A program made the position numbers and the translations under genes. 64,000 bases of DNA from Mustelus asterias (lineage: Eukaryota), in NCBI RefSeq assembly GCF_964213995.1, contig NC_135822.1, positions 25,234,001 through 25,298,000 of the forward strand. The letters are read 5' to 3'. Numbering within the stretch: position 1 is the first letter of the stretch; each line of letters begins with the position of its first letter. The notes below the pieces were generated by a model. It worked only from the letters and a program-made list of their open reading frames with translations. It did not search any database and was not told where the DNA came from. Shown here piece by piece: positions 38,061 to 51,900 of the stretch.

Positions 38061-38403
38061 AACATGCAGAAATCTGACAGGTGATCCTAAGTTGAAAATT
38101 AGTTCTATAAATGGGACAGGAGAGAGAATCAGGCGTGGCTATTCTTTTTCTTTTCAGTAACTTTAGAGGTGGGAAGATTGGGCTGAGGTAAAGATGTGGA
38201 AATCATGCATCCAGGAATCTGGATTACTTTGTGCTGAAAGTATTCCAGTAAGTGCTATGCAGTGACCCGAGGTGGGTAATCACTTGTTCTTTTGGAGTAG
38301 ATGTGTACAACTGCAGGTAAGTCACTGAGTTGTACCATCCAAATAAGGAAAGTGACCTCCATAACATATTATATCAAGACAGTTATTTGCAATCTATACT
38401 CAC

Positions 38404-39201
38404 TGTTGGGTACCAGATCTGCACCCAAGGTTTACTATGAAGTCAGACTAGATCCCAACAATTTTTCTCTTTTGGCATAAATGTGAGGAAGTATGTTTTG
38501 CTCCAGGCATACTTCTACTGATAAACTAGGGCATGTTTACCAAAACAAACTTTAATTAACAACACTGTTTAATTATAACAAATGAATCAGCTTAACCTTT
38601 AACAGTTGAACAATACTTAAAATGAAAGGAAATGATTCTAATTTCTAACTTATGACTATATCAATTCCAATGAAGCAATATTTATCTCATAGGCGTAAAA
38701 CACAGGCATACTTGCTTTAACTTTTGTTAATAGTTCTGGTGCTTTCAGAGAGAAAGAAAATGAGTTTCAGCAGCTTACAGAAGATATTTAAGTTCAAGCA
38801 ATTCTCAGCCGGAACTCCACTTTAAAACTGGTTAGCAAATCCAGGCATACGTGCTTTGACTTGGGTTAACAGCCCTAGAACTTTCCGAGAGAGAGAGAGA
38901 CTCTTCTTTCTACCAGCTCCAGGCAGCAACTGCCTTTTGTTTAAAATGAAAATGAAGCTGATTCTCTGCTACAAGTGTAGCTCTTCCCATTAACCTAATT
39001 TACCTCCCATTACTTAAGGTAAAAACCCCCATTAGGCCTTCTGCTGCTAAATAAAGTTACATGGCTAAAATGGGTAATTAGCCTGCTTTCTCAGAATCTG
39101 CTACATTCCTTCCCAGACAAACTGACTTACTAGAAAAACACTGCCTCTTAAAGCAGTATCCCCTTAAACATAAAATATATAATTAGAACAGTAGCATCAC
39201 A
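38404..39201 (-). mobile_element. Probable solo LTR (798 bp)
   Basis: TG...CA termini flanked by 4 bp TCAC duplication (38400-38403, 39202-39205); orientation tentative. Confidence 0.55.
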
Positions 39202-39423
39202 TCACCCATCCATCAAAAATATCTTGAATGATAGAAGAGCTAGAATGTCAGTCTGTACTTTGCCAGCAATACAAGAGAAATTAAAAAGAATGTTGGGATT
39301 ATGCAGCACAAAGAGCAATTAAACTTTGATCTCCCCCCTTATTCAAGCAATGGAGCTTGTGGATTTGATCAAAAGGACATTGTTTTGTTCTCTATTTTGC
39401 AGTGTGACAGCCCTTTCTTTTAC

Positions 39424-39765
39424 CGGCACGGTAGCACAGTGGTTAGCACTGCTGCTTCACAGCTCCAGGGACCTGGGTTCGATTCCTGGCTCGGGTCACT
39501 GTCTGTGTGGAGTTTGCACATTCTCCTCATGTCTGCGTGGGTTTCCTCCAGGTGCTCCGGTTTCCTCCCACAGTCCAAAGATGTGCGGGTTAGGTTGATT
39601 GGCTATACTAAAATTGCCCCTTAGTGTCCTGAGATGCGTAGGTTAGAGGGATTAGTGGGTAAATATGTAGGGATATGGGGCTAGGGCCTGGGTGGGATTG
39701 TGGTCGGTGCAGACTCGATGGGCCAAATGGCCTCTCTGTGCTGTAGGGTTTCTAAGATTCTAAGA
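39424..39765 (+). mobile_element. V-SINE/HE1-type SINE with CR1-like tail
   Basis: Very similar to 19056-19403. Confidence 0.88.
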
Positions 39766-40492
39766 ATGATAGTGTATCTTCCAGCTTACCATGAGTTTGA
39801 CTCTGGGAGCTCCTACATTGCAAAGTACAGCCTGTTTGTTCCCCAGCAGCAAACCACTTTTAATCATAAGGTTTCACTAAGGTCTGTAACCAGTTGAAAC
39901 AAGTGATCGATCACTTATGACTCCACTTCCTTTATCTCTTCTGCCATGCACTTAATGACTGCTACCAATAATTGAGATAATTATTTGAGACCACATGGTT
40001 TTGGGTAGGGAGTGTATTTACTAAGATTCACAAGCTATTACAGTTTTATGGGACAGGCTGCATGGAGCAACGTATTGTTACCCATCTGGCGTTATAACAG
40101 TGAAGATGAAGAAATGCTAGTAATCTGTGGTTGGAGGTGTATTAAATATGGTCTAGAAGCTGCTACTTCACTTGGATGAGCCATTGAACAGGTCTGCTTG
40201 TTTTGTTATGGCAGTTTTAAAAAGAAACCAGTCCCCTACTTTGTTAGTCTAGCCTGACAAGAAGAGTGGGTTGACACTCTTGTGGGAAGCCAGCAGTGCA
40301 CTATGTCATCACTTCACAACTCTGCATTGCTGCTGCCATTCTTTCTCATCACGTCTTTTATTCAAGTTCTGCCATAGTCTCTTCCTGATCTATCTTCCAG
40401 TTGGATGTTGCCTCATGTTTTTGTGTTTGACAAAGCATTTAGGGGGAGTGGCATTCCTGAAGGTCTGTCATAGTGTTTTTATATTTAAACAG

Positions 40493-40744
40493 GAAATCAA
40501 AACTGGCGCCTAAAGTTCCCATCGTCATACAGGATGACCTCCATCCAACACCCTGCACCCCACAGATCCGCATTCTAAAGAGACCGACGAGTAACGGAGT
40601 GGTCAGCACGCCGAACTCTGCGACAAGACCACCTCCACAAGTCAAGTCACTGGCGCAGAGAGAAGCAGAATACGCAGAAGCACGGAAACGTATCCTGGGG
40701 AGTGCAAGTCCTGAAGAAGAAGACGATAAAGCTAATACAGACAG
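40493..40744 (+). CDS. SZRD1: SZRD1 exon 3, SUZ domain (PQIRILKRP...[20 protein letters not shown])
   Basis: aaacag acceptor, AG|GTAAAT donor; 252 nt; SUZ signature. Confidence 0.96.
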
Positions 40745-43488
40745 GTAAATGACAAGTCAAGGGATTTCTCATCTGCCAAAGTTCCACTTTTGATTTATTT
40801 ACATAACTGACTCGAATTGAGAGTAGCAGCCATTTAGTCATCCACTGGGTATGGATTTACCAATGTCACACTAAACTATACTTGCTGTAATCGATTTAAT
40901 GGCAAATGATGATTATGCTATCTTGTTTACACCTCCTCCAGACCATTTTTAAAAAATTTAATTGTCCCATTACAATCTCCTTTTGACTTGCACCATCATC
41001 TCATTTGACATTTAATATCTTCTGCCTTCCATTCCATCACAGGCCTTTCTTTCTGTTCTCCCAGCCTTATCATCCTCTAAACCTGTCCCTGTACTTAAAA
41101 TCAGTCACACCCCTTGACTTTTTCCAGTTCTGGGGGAAGGTCATTAACTCGAGGCTCTAATTCCATTATTTTCGCTCTCTCGCTCTCCAGATGCTACCTG
41201 ATACACTACATTGTTTGCAATATTTTCTGTTTCACTTATTCTAGATTTCCAACATCTGCAGTACCTTTCCTCTGGCTTACTGTTGAATTGTTGGGGCAGA
41301 GCCTTTCCACTATGGTCAGACATATATGATTAGTCAGTTATTTAGAGATGTCTGCGGGGAAACCGACTATAGGTTTCTAGCAGATCTCCTTTAAGAAGAT
41401 GGCTTTTTATGCATTCTAGTTTTGTTACAAGTAAACAATTGCAAGATTTGTATACTGGACAGTATTTATATCTGAACCCAAGACCACCAATGAGTGATCA
41501 GTGCCACTGAAGCACCGAGGATAAGTGAAACTTGTAATAGTTCTAATTGTTTGCTATTGACCACTGATGAAAAGTGTACAAACAAAAAAACAGAATTAAA
41601 TTTGCCTGTAATGCTCTAGAATCAAACAGCCTGCCAGTATTTGCTCATCCTGGGTGTCTGAATTCTGAGAGTAATTTCTGGCCAGAGATTCATTGCTTCC
41701 AATGAATTTATATACAACGGTGCCACTTGTCCCATCTCTCAAAGTAACTCCAGTGGGGAAACATTTCCATCCTTTTTCACCAATGGGACCTAATAGCACA
41801 AAGGACCTGAGCAGTGGAATTCAATTTAGAATGCCACAAGTACTCTTCCTTTGTAACATTCACGCTTGGAATGGGAAGCTTAATCCATCTCGTTGTCACA
41901 TTGGGGATGGGTGTGAGGAAGAGTTCGGGTCAAATTAAAAGATTTATTATTTGAGATAACCTGTTTTTTCATGATTCAAGAAGGCATCCCAACTCCTAGA
42001 CATATCTAACCCCGCTTACTGCTCAACTTAGCCGCAGAAGGAGATTTTAATTCATTTTAGGCAGTCACTTATTTTGAAGATGTTGATTGGAAGAAACTTG
42101 AAGGATCCTCCCGTCCAGGTAGCAAATTTCACCTACATAATAGAATTTTGCTGAAGTTTCATATGGCCTTTCATTTTTATGCATGTTGAAACTATGGATA
42201 AAAAGGGTGTGACTGCAAGGTTCACATTCTTTCAAAGTTTTATTAGCTTGAGAAACCTCTCAATCACTATCTCCTAGTGCTTATTTCCTGATTTCAAAGC
42301 TTTCCAATGGACCAGTTCCCACAGGTATATTTAACAGGTTCATGTCAAATAGTTTGAGAGAGAATGGGGTTTTTAGATGTTTTGGAGTATATTGTAAGAA
42401 GGTGCTTGTGTAAATTTAATAAAGCTTTTTATTATTCATTCATGGGACATGGGCATTGCTGGCTGGCCAGCATTTATTGCCCATCCCTAGTTGCCCTTGG
42501 GAGGGCAGTTGAGAGTCAACCATATTGCTGTGGCTCTGGGGCCACATGTAAGGACAGCAGATTTCCTTCCCTAAAGGACATTAGTGAATCAGATTGTTTT
42601 TTCCGACAATCGACAATGGTTCCATGGTCATCAGTAGATTCTTAATTTCTGTTTTTTTTAATTGAATTCATATTCCACCATCTACTGTGGTGGGATTCGA
42701 ACCCGGGTCCCCAGAACATTAGCTGAGTTTCTGGATTAATCACCTAGCGATAATATCACTAGGCCATTGCCTCCCCAGCTGCGTAAAGGTTACAAGAGAC
42801 AGGTTTTCTGGGAGGTTTAAGATGTGAAAGGTTTGTGCATTTGTAATAAGATATGGTGGATTTGAGGTACAAGAGGTTGGATCTAACATTTGCATTTTTT
42901 GATAAGTTGAGGGTTTTTTTGAAAATCAAAGAAGTCAGAGGTGACCAGAAGCATTTTGCAACTTGCACGTTTTTCATGAGTAAACAGAAGGAAGTATATT
43001 ACATTTTAATTGCCCTGAAAGCTGAGACAAAATAGAAATACAAGAGATTTTATCTTTTGGAAGGATTTGAGTTTGAGTTGTAAGAACAATGGAACCTAAG
43101 ATGAGAGTGGGAGAAAAGCTATTTTGGAATTACTGTGGGGAACTTTGTTAGCTGTGTGGGAAAGATGAAGTTGCAGTTTGAATCATCCATCCAGCCAAGC
43201 CAGAAAAGTCTTAAGTTGCAAAAAACAGTCTTGTTTCTGAAGGCTTCCTGGATTTCCGCATCAGTGAAAGAAAGGTCATGTGGTACACCTTATTAAAATG
43301 GCAGCAGCTTTACCTTTGGTAACATTACTGAATATTTATAGTTAAACATCTGTACGGGAGTATTGCCTGGGAGATGTTTGCATGTGGGTCTGACCAAGTA
43401 CGGAGCCTTTTGGGCAGAATGTTTTGTAAACTAATTTTAACTGTGCAACTAATCTTGTGTGCTTAAGTTTTCTTGTTAATAAGCCTTT

Positions 43489-43816
43489 TATCATAGAAAT
43501 CATAGAAACCCTACAGTGCAGAAGGAGGCCATTCGGCCCATCGAGTCTGCACCGACCACAATCCCACCCAGGCCCTACCCCCACATATTTTACCCGCTAA
43601 TCCCTCTAACCTACGCATCCCAGGACTCTAAGGGGCAATTTTTTTAACCTGGCCAATCAACCTAACCCGCACATCTTTGGACTGTGGGAGGAAACCCACG
43701 CAGACACGAGGAGAATGTGCAAACTCCACACAGACAGTGACCCGAGCCGGGAATCGAACCCGGGACCCTGGAGCTGTGAAGCAGCAGTGCTAACCACTGT
43801 GCTACCGTGTCGCCCT
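43489..43816 (-). mobile_element. V-SINE/HE1-type SINE with CR1-like tail
   Basis: Very similar to 19056-19403. Confidence 0.88.
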
Positions 43817-45648
43817 ATACTTTTGTGGGTCTGACCAAGTGTTACTGAACTTCTTGCTGTTGAGATTTGCAAGTTTTCTACTTTTTCAGAATACAAAACC
43901 AGAAATGACCCATAAGCCAAATTTCCCTCTGGGATTTGGTTTTCACAGCAATTGTATGCTGTGGTCATAACACTAGCCTTGTACTTTTAAGCTCTGTCCA
44001 CATTTGATTTATGTCTTTGTACAGGTAGTGCCATCTTGTTTTTAAAACATTTTCCTTCCCTTCTCTCTCAAAGCCCTTGGGGCCCATGAATACAGGTGTC
44101 CTCTTCAACTTTGCCTAGATGTACTGCAGGAGCTCACCAAGGCTCCTTAGGCAGCATCTTCCAAACCCATAAGGGTAGCAGACATGTGGGAACACCACAA
44201 CCTGGAAGTTCCTCTCCAAGCCACTCACCATCCTGACTCGGAAATAAATTGCTGTTCCTTCATTATCGCCTGGTCAAAATTCTAGAATCCCTTCCCGTAC
44301 AGCACTTGCACCACAGGAACTGCAGAGGTTCAAGAATGCAGTTCACCACAACCTTCTCGAGGGCAATTGCGGATGGGGGATAATTGCTGGCCAGCCAATG
44401 ACACTCATATTCCATAAATTAATATAAAGTAACTGTACCCTCAGTGAGGTGAATTTGTTTAATATAGACACTCTTATGGACAAGAGCCCATGATAGATTT
44501 GGCTATCTTCTCCCTGTGATTTGAGAATTGCACCTGTCACTGACAATCACTACTCCATCTTTATATCCTGATGCTTTATTGGTTAGAAATGGGCCACCAG
44601 TTGTGTTGACAGAACCTGTCAGTTTGTAAAGTTGTGTGAATTGCTTCTTTATAGGACATATACACTAGAGTATACTGCTTGCAAATCGAAACTCGCTAAA
44701 TGATCAAGTAAATGCACTTGTCTGCTTGCACACACAAAATCTTTATCATATTGCAAGTTGTCCTTCTAAGCCTAAGGATATATATTTAATTGGACAGGCT
44801 GTTGTCTACTTTCTACCAGACTTTCTACCGCACTTAAGTGTTGCTAGATTAGAGTTCTTTGGTATGTGTAGGATACCATCTCTCACTGAATAATACCCTT
44901 GAAGATGGATATATTTTTATTTATCCTTTTAAACCATCTTGTCAACTAAATGTGATCTGTAGTATTCCGCTTATACTTAGTTCCCTTTTCACTAGGTATT
45001 GGCTGTGCTGATGTTCCATCAAAAGTGCCTCCTTTTTAAGATTGTCTCTTCTCTTTCACTGTGTCGTATTAAAGTAAACATTTCAAAAACATTTTTCTGT
45101 TCCATGATTAGTAAAAATAAAGCCCCAAGGGGGTACTTGTTGATTAGATTTTTGAGAGAAAAAAAATCAAGTGTCTTTCAATCCAGTTAGATAGCTAAGG
45201 CTGAGCAATGAAGCCAGTTGACATTCCATCTGCACACTCCAGTATTGGATGAACTTCATGTTGAACACTTCGCATTTTTTGTACATTAGATAATCCTATC
45301 ACACGTGGTGTGCAGGATCATACCTGTTTGTCAACAGAACATACTTAACTGCATTCAGGGACATAACGACATTTAACCTTCAATCCATTTGATTAGATTT
45401 ATTATTGTCACATGTATTATATAGTGAAAAATATTGTTTCTTGTGTGCTATACAGAAAAAGCATGCCGTACATAGGGAAGGCAAGGATAGAGCGCAGAAT
45501 GTAGTGTTACAGTCATAGCTAGTCATAGCTTTTGGGATAAATACCATCTCTTAAATATGTGCAACAGTATGCTTGATCAAGAAACTTGACATTCTCAGCA
45601 CCAATCTGATACTATCTCCAGCAAATGCTAATTGCCTTTATTTTTCAG

Positions 45649-45751
45649 GCCGACCAGGATCACCCAGTTGGAGGAGACCAGGCAGCAGAGCTGTGTAATT
45701 CGACAGCCCCTCGGCCCTGATGGTACACAAGGCTTCAAACAGCGCAGATAA
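45649..45751 (+). CDS. SZRD1: SZRD1 last exon, SUZ-C motif ([18 protein letters not shown])
   Basis: tttttcag acceptor, TAA at 45749-45751; spliced CDS 456 nt = 151 aa plus stop. Confidence 0.95.
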
Positions 45752-45859
45752 AACGTGGGCCAGCGAGCGCGCTTTGTAAAACAGAACTCTCCAGGACCGA
45801 GCGTGCAGTGTTGGACAGAGAGAACGGACTCAAGCAGAGGACCTGATCTGCTTCTCTTG

Positions 45860-45934
45860 CACTGTGATCCCCCTTTGCTCCGCCCACTGTGACTTTTCTC
45901 CTTGCGCACTGTGACCCCTGCTCCGCCCACTGTG
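45860..45934 (+). promoter_or_regulatory. Cluster of miR-128 seed matches in the SZRD1 3' UTR
   Basis: CACTGTGA at 45860, 45885, 45907 and CACTGTG at 45928. Confidence 0.75.
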
Positions 45935-48900
45935 GTTGGCACACTGCTGTGAGCTCTCCAAGGAAACCGTGAAGGGGAGGTTTCTTGCAATCAGACTGGC
46001 CAAGAATACATTGTGTGCCATTTCTAACCAGAAATTTGCTCCAGCAATAATACTGTTCAAGAATGCTCGATAGTTTATCTTTTAATTTCAGAAAAGAGTT
46101 TGACTATGTATTAGTGATGGGTGCTGTTTGTCCTTTTTCAACCCACACTTCACAGGATTGTTTTGGTTTCTTCCCACCCAACCCATTACTGCAAGATAGT
46201 CCTTCAAGGGTAATTATCTTGCTATGTGCAGTACATCAAAAAATCCATCAGAAATGCACCCATTTTAAGTTTGGCTCATCTTTAGCTATTTATTGTAGGC
46301 TGTATTTAAAATAAATGTTTTCGAAACATCGTATCTGGAGAAAGAGGCCAAAAACATGAAATGATCCACAAAAGGAATGTGGAACCCAGGCTGTTTGGCA
46401 CAGCAGGCCAAGGGGTACACAGCGGTTGTGTTCAGTGGTGCAAATGGTCTGTTATAAAACTAATTCCTGTCGGCTTCCTGTCCTCCCATCCATAGTAAGC
46501 GAGCAAGTCCGTTGGTTACCGGAGAATTAGTTGAGGAGGGAGGGGCGGCACGGTGTGGGGTAGGAAAAGAGAGAAGCTCAAATAGTGGCCGTGAATGTTG
46601 CAGTACCTCGCCCACCCGAATGTGGTTGGCTGCATTGGCCAAATTCCAGCTGACCACCAGGATTTATTTTTTATATCAAAAACTAATACGGTGGTGTGAT
46701 TTAAAAACAAAAAAAAAATGGCATACTATAGGGTAGCACTTGGGTGCTAGCTGCATAATGCTGTGGTCACGTGATCTTATTCCAGCACTGCCTTATGCTC
46801 AAATTCACCAGCTATGCTTTGTGCATGATGGTTTTTGGTATAAACTGCAGGATAGGTATAACTTGCAGTGGTAGAAAAATCTCTTTGTAAAAGAGGATGT
46901 CTCGGCAAAGGCTATATCTGTAGTTAATGCTGCTCCCGTTGTGGGTCAGTGCAGAGCAGTATTGCTGTCAGAAACTGGGAAGGTTTTCGACGTGTTCTGT
47001 TTGGAACCTTTCCAGTTTTACAAAGGGGAGAAATTAGAAGAAGAGAGAAGGACAAGAAATAAATGTAATTATTTTAATAAAAAGGGAAATAAAATGGTTC
47101 CAATCAAATTATATGTTGCTTAGAGGAGCTGAAAGGTTTGAGGCTATGTAGTGGAGCCTGAGATTTTGGTACAGTTTTTTTTGTCTCCCTTCTGGTGGTT
47201 GTGTGCATTCTGTGCCCTGCTGTCTGACACTAAAGCGAGGTGTTCCAGTTACTGCCCATCACTAGTACATACTCTTAGTATTTTTAAAGGCAATGCCTTT
47301 GTTTTCTAGAATCTCAAACAAAAGCTCTCTAGGTCCATCTAATGTTAAAAGGGCACATATGTAATTTCCTTTTGTGTGGCTCACACATGAATCATCTGTC
47401 TTGTGTTTGCGCAAATGCGCAAGTGTTTGTGTACGTGTGTATTCTGTATATGTGTCTGCCTGCGAACAAAATATTGCTTCTGTGTGTTGGGGGGGTGGGG
47501 GGAGGTGGGGTGGAGTGGAGATTAATTGATGAAGATTGGTAAATTTCAACCAGTGCTTGGGGGGGAAAAATATATTCGCCGCCTCACTCCTGTACAGCTG
47601 CTAGCACAGCCTCTCAATACACCAGCCATCAAATTATTTGCCTGGGGCATAAAACATGACTGAATTGATTCGGACTGGGGTTGAATGGGCTTCAAATGCT
47701 TTCCACGGTCAGATGAAAACTAAAATGTCAGGCCCTGGAAGATTTTTAAACTTTTATAATGAATAATATTCAAAGTGCTTCCCCGGCAATTGTTAATGTA
47801 TTCCTTTTATTTTCCTGCGTAACTTGTTCCCAGGTTTGGGTTGTCAGTCAGTGAGTTATTTCCACACTACCTAGCATTTCACTTGATCAATGGACTGACA
47901 CTAAACCTGATCTCCTGGTGTTTGTGAACTTGGCACAACTGGAACAATTGCTTCAGACTCTTCAGAAAATACTTGTTCTGTAAACAATAAAATGGCTGAC
48001 TCACTGCTGGTTCTTTGGGTTAATATGCTACATCTTGTGGTGTATACACCACCTGGAAGATCACGGTTCTAATCTCAATCAGCCAGGCAGTGGTGGCCCT
48101 TACAAGTGACATCTGTGCCCCTGGGACAAGGAGAGGAAAATCCAGACAGTTTTTACATAGTTATTCAGTAATTATTAGGAATGGGCATAGGCTCAATTTT
48201 TTTTTAAAAAATCCTGCTGTTTTTCCTTTTTGATTTCCCCTCTTTCCGCCCTACTCCGGTCAAATAACCTACCGATGCACATTGTTCAGCTCACACATCA
48301 CTTGGACTTGGTACTGTCTATGTAACCGTACCCAAACCCGAGTTAAATGCCTTCAGAAGATGAAAGGTGGAGATGGAAATTTTGAGGTAATCACTGGATT
48401 GGGGGATTTATCTTTCTGCAAAAAGACAAAAGTACTTATGTACCTAAAGCACAGTTGGGTTAATCAAGCAAGTAATTATTTTGTTTCCTGGCCAGAATTA
48501 CAATCAGGCAACTAGTTTTTTTTAAAATCAAGCTCTTTTTTTCTCTTGCAGTTATTGATTTCAAAGCCCTTGTGTCTAATGGTAAGCCAAAACAAGCTAG
48601 TTTACAAATAGAGCAAACTTATAGTAGAATACAGCTGAAAGCTAGCACTCGTATGAATTGTGCAACATTCTGGTGTTTCCTGGGGTCTGTTGGACTTGAG
48701 AGTCATTGCCAAGGAAGACACGCGTTTGCAAACACTGGTATTGTATGGACAGAATGAAATAAACTAGCAAAGTCAAAACCAATCTTGTGAACAGGACTGT
48801 GGAATGGTGTCATGTTCAGTTTGCTTGGACTGGAGGATTAAAATGAGCTTTAACATTGTGTACACTATCCATTATCAGTAAAAGGTAAATAACCATAGAT

Positions 48901-51900
48901 TCTGAATTTGGAATACTAAATAAAATCAGGATGCAACTTGACATCATTGTAGAGAAGGCAATGATTGCAGACCAGTTTCCGCTCAGTAATAGGTCACTGT
49001 CAGTTGTGAATGGGGTGCAGACAAAATGGCTGGGGTGTGTTGGGGAAATGGCCTGTCCAATAAAGCTAAGTGCGACTTCTGAATATACAGAGATGTGAAT
49101 CTTGTTACCTTTGTCTGCATGTTACAAAGTCTTTGTCAAAGTACAAAGTCCTGAATGAAAACCTTTAATGAAATAAGTCTGCACAAAGATTGTCCTGCTG
49201 CGTGAAATTATTGATGTTTTAATCTCTGCTAATCCAGAGGCTACAGAATGATGGTGCTGCCTCCCCTCATTAGGGTTAATATCTGGCCCCTCTGTCCTTT
49301 TACCTTTTCAGACAACTTTTCTGAAATCAGGCTTTTATTATGTTTGGAATTGCTGCAAACCCGTGTATGATAGTTGCCAACTTGTAGTGCCATTCAGAAT
49401 TTCGGGAAAAAGTATATAAAAATCAGTGAAATTAACAATTTACGGTAATATTGACTGGACCATAGTACTGTAGATGGACTGGTTTGTAATCCAATTTGGC
49501 CAGTAAAGATGTTTTGGCAGCTCGTGGATAAAGGAGAGATATTGAGGAATAATGGTTTGAAGCTTGTACAGTCATGTGATAAATGAGTAGTCAATTTTCA
49601 GGAACTGGTCTCTAATGTAGACTGTCATTTCACTACGCCTGTTCATCGCCACAGATATCATAAGAACAAACATGAAATCATTTCAGAGATGCAAAAATGG
49701 TCCAGTTACCTTTCAAGCCTTGTAAAAGGCTCCAATTCTATTGTGAGATCAATTTGCTGATTGACGAATAGATGAGGGAAACCATATGCTGTATGTGTTC
49801 CAGACCTTTCAGAGTTGAGGCCATTTTTTAAAAAAATGCATAATCAAGGCCACTTTCATGACTGAATAAGCTAAATTCTGTCTTTGGCTATAGCTGATTA
49901 CTAATCAGTTGGTTGGAGATCGCACTTTGTGCATTCTTTTCATAAACAGTAAGCTAGTCACCTTCATCTTAATTCCCTCTGCAATTTACTTTAATCACCA
50001 CTTGGTCTGGGTTCTAACAGCCAGATATTGGTAATGTACCAGCACTCCCAAGAAACTTGACTTCACTCTGAAAGTAGTTGGCTCAAGGGATTCTTCGTTT
50101 TCTCAGGAAATTGGCAAAGTCAGAAGTAAATTCACAAAATGGCAAAGCGAAGTGAACATAGATGTTAAAATTCCTATTCAAAAGTTGATATAAAGGTTAT
50201 TTATATTGCACCTAAAGATAACTTGGCATCTGAATTGTGTGAAATGGGTGTTAGAGCAGAAGACTGCTCTGCCTCAATGGTTATAATGGAATGTGATGCA
50301 TGTGGAATTTATAAACTGCTGGAACTAAGGGACCTCCAATAATGTCATGAGGGACACTAAATGTCCTTCTGCGATTATCATTGACATTACAGATGCTTGA
50401 ACGGTACAATGTTTGTATGTGACAGGTATATAATTTGGTTGGAAGTTGCTTTTAAAGAACATTAGAACTTGGTTACGTTTTTCACTCGCTTCTCAGAATC
50501 TCATGTATTTTTGAAAAAATGATCACATTGTCCTTCGACTAACGTAAGGTAGAATGCAACTTGAAGCAACGAGTTGCCATATTTGCTGAGGAAGCTGTAG
50601 GTGTTGCTAATTTAAATATAAAATGTCATTGATGTCTCTTCTTCACTGCCCTCCACCTCACCCCCAAGACTAATGTTGGCAATTACCCTTGACCCTAATC
50701 AGAAGGTTCAGCCAGCACAGCCAGTTGACGACTAGATCTGAATTATGAGGAATTGTGCTTCATTTGCCGTACATTTTTAATTCTGCACAGAATGTTGCAG
50801 ACTGAAATTTGGACTTGTACAGAATTGGCTGTCAGTATTAACATTGCTACCGGACTCCTACATGCAAAATGGCTAACAAGAGTACCATGCTATCCCTTAA
50901 CAGAAATGGGTCGACCGGATGATTGCTGACTACAAAAAGGATTTGTAGGGCTTTTCAAACGTTCCGATTGTCACTGTGACTGAAGGTCATGTAAATAGTA
51001 GCTTCTCCACACTTGATGTGTTTGATGGATTCAGTTAGTGCGTAATAATAATGGGTCATGATTTCCATTACATTGTAGTTTGTATATCTTGTTACATGGA
51101 GAAACAAGCTTGGTCTCTGAGACATTGAATTGTTGGATCCTTGATGTGTTGGATTCCCAGTCTGAACATATTCAGTTTTATCTGAACTGTGACACATGCC
51201 ACTCGTATGCAATCTGTCAGAGCAAAGGGGAACTTGCAAGTAGACTTGCGTCAATCAAGTAAATATCCTGGGGAACCATTTGAGGTGTTGCATAGAATGT
51301 ACTTATATGCCCGAGTGCTGAACTGTACTCCTGACTTGGCAGGAGATAAAAAAGTAACTGGAAGTGGAGGGGGACAAAAACAAACTGAAAACATTGCAAA
51401 ACGCTGGAATTGTTCAGTGGTCTAAGTTAATGTATCAGACTTGTTTGTAAGAGAGCTTGACTTATGTACAAAATCGCTTTTGTGCACAGTTGCTTCGGGT
51501 TTATACTTATTGGCTTAGTGCAATCAGTGTCTGGTCTTAACTTGAGAGTAAGTACGTGGACTAAATTTTTTAATGTTCTAAATCTGTCTCTTTTAAGCAA
51601 TGGTTCGCCCTGATGTAAAGAGCGTGGTGGTTCTTTTAAAGTTGAGTGTGTAGCCAGCAAAAGGACAATGGATGTATATCAAGCCAGTAACATTCACAAA
51701 TGGCATTTATGCTTGTTGCTACGCTTGTATGAGGATTACGCTGGGAGTATGCTGCTTTATTGCTATCGATGCTGTTTATTTTTCATAACTTTTGCAAAAT
51801 GGCGCCCTTCTGTCAGCACTGATTCCTCCCCCCCCCCCCCCAATTTCCCCTTTTGAAGATTTCCAAGTCAGTCCAGCTGCTACCCCTGGGAACATGACAC

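Noticed and set aside
42842-43972. Second solo LTR (TGTAA...TAACA, interrupted by a SINE)
   Set aside because: Termini are plausible but the flanks (CATT vs CTAG) give no TSD, so boundaries cannot be supported.
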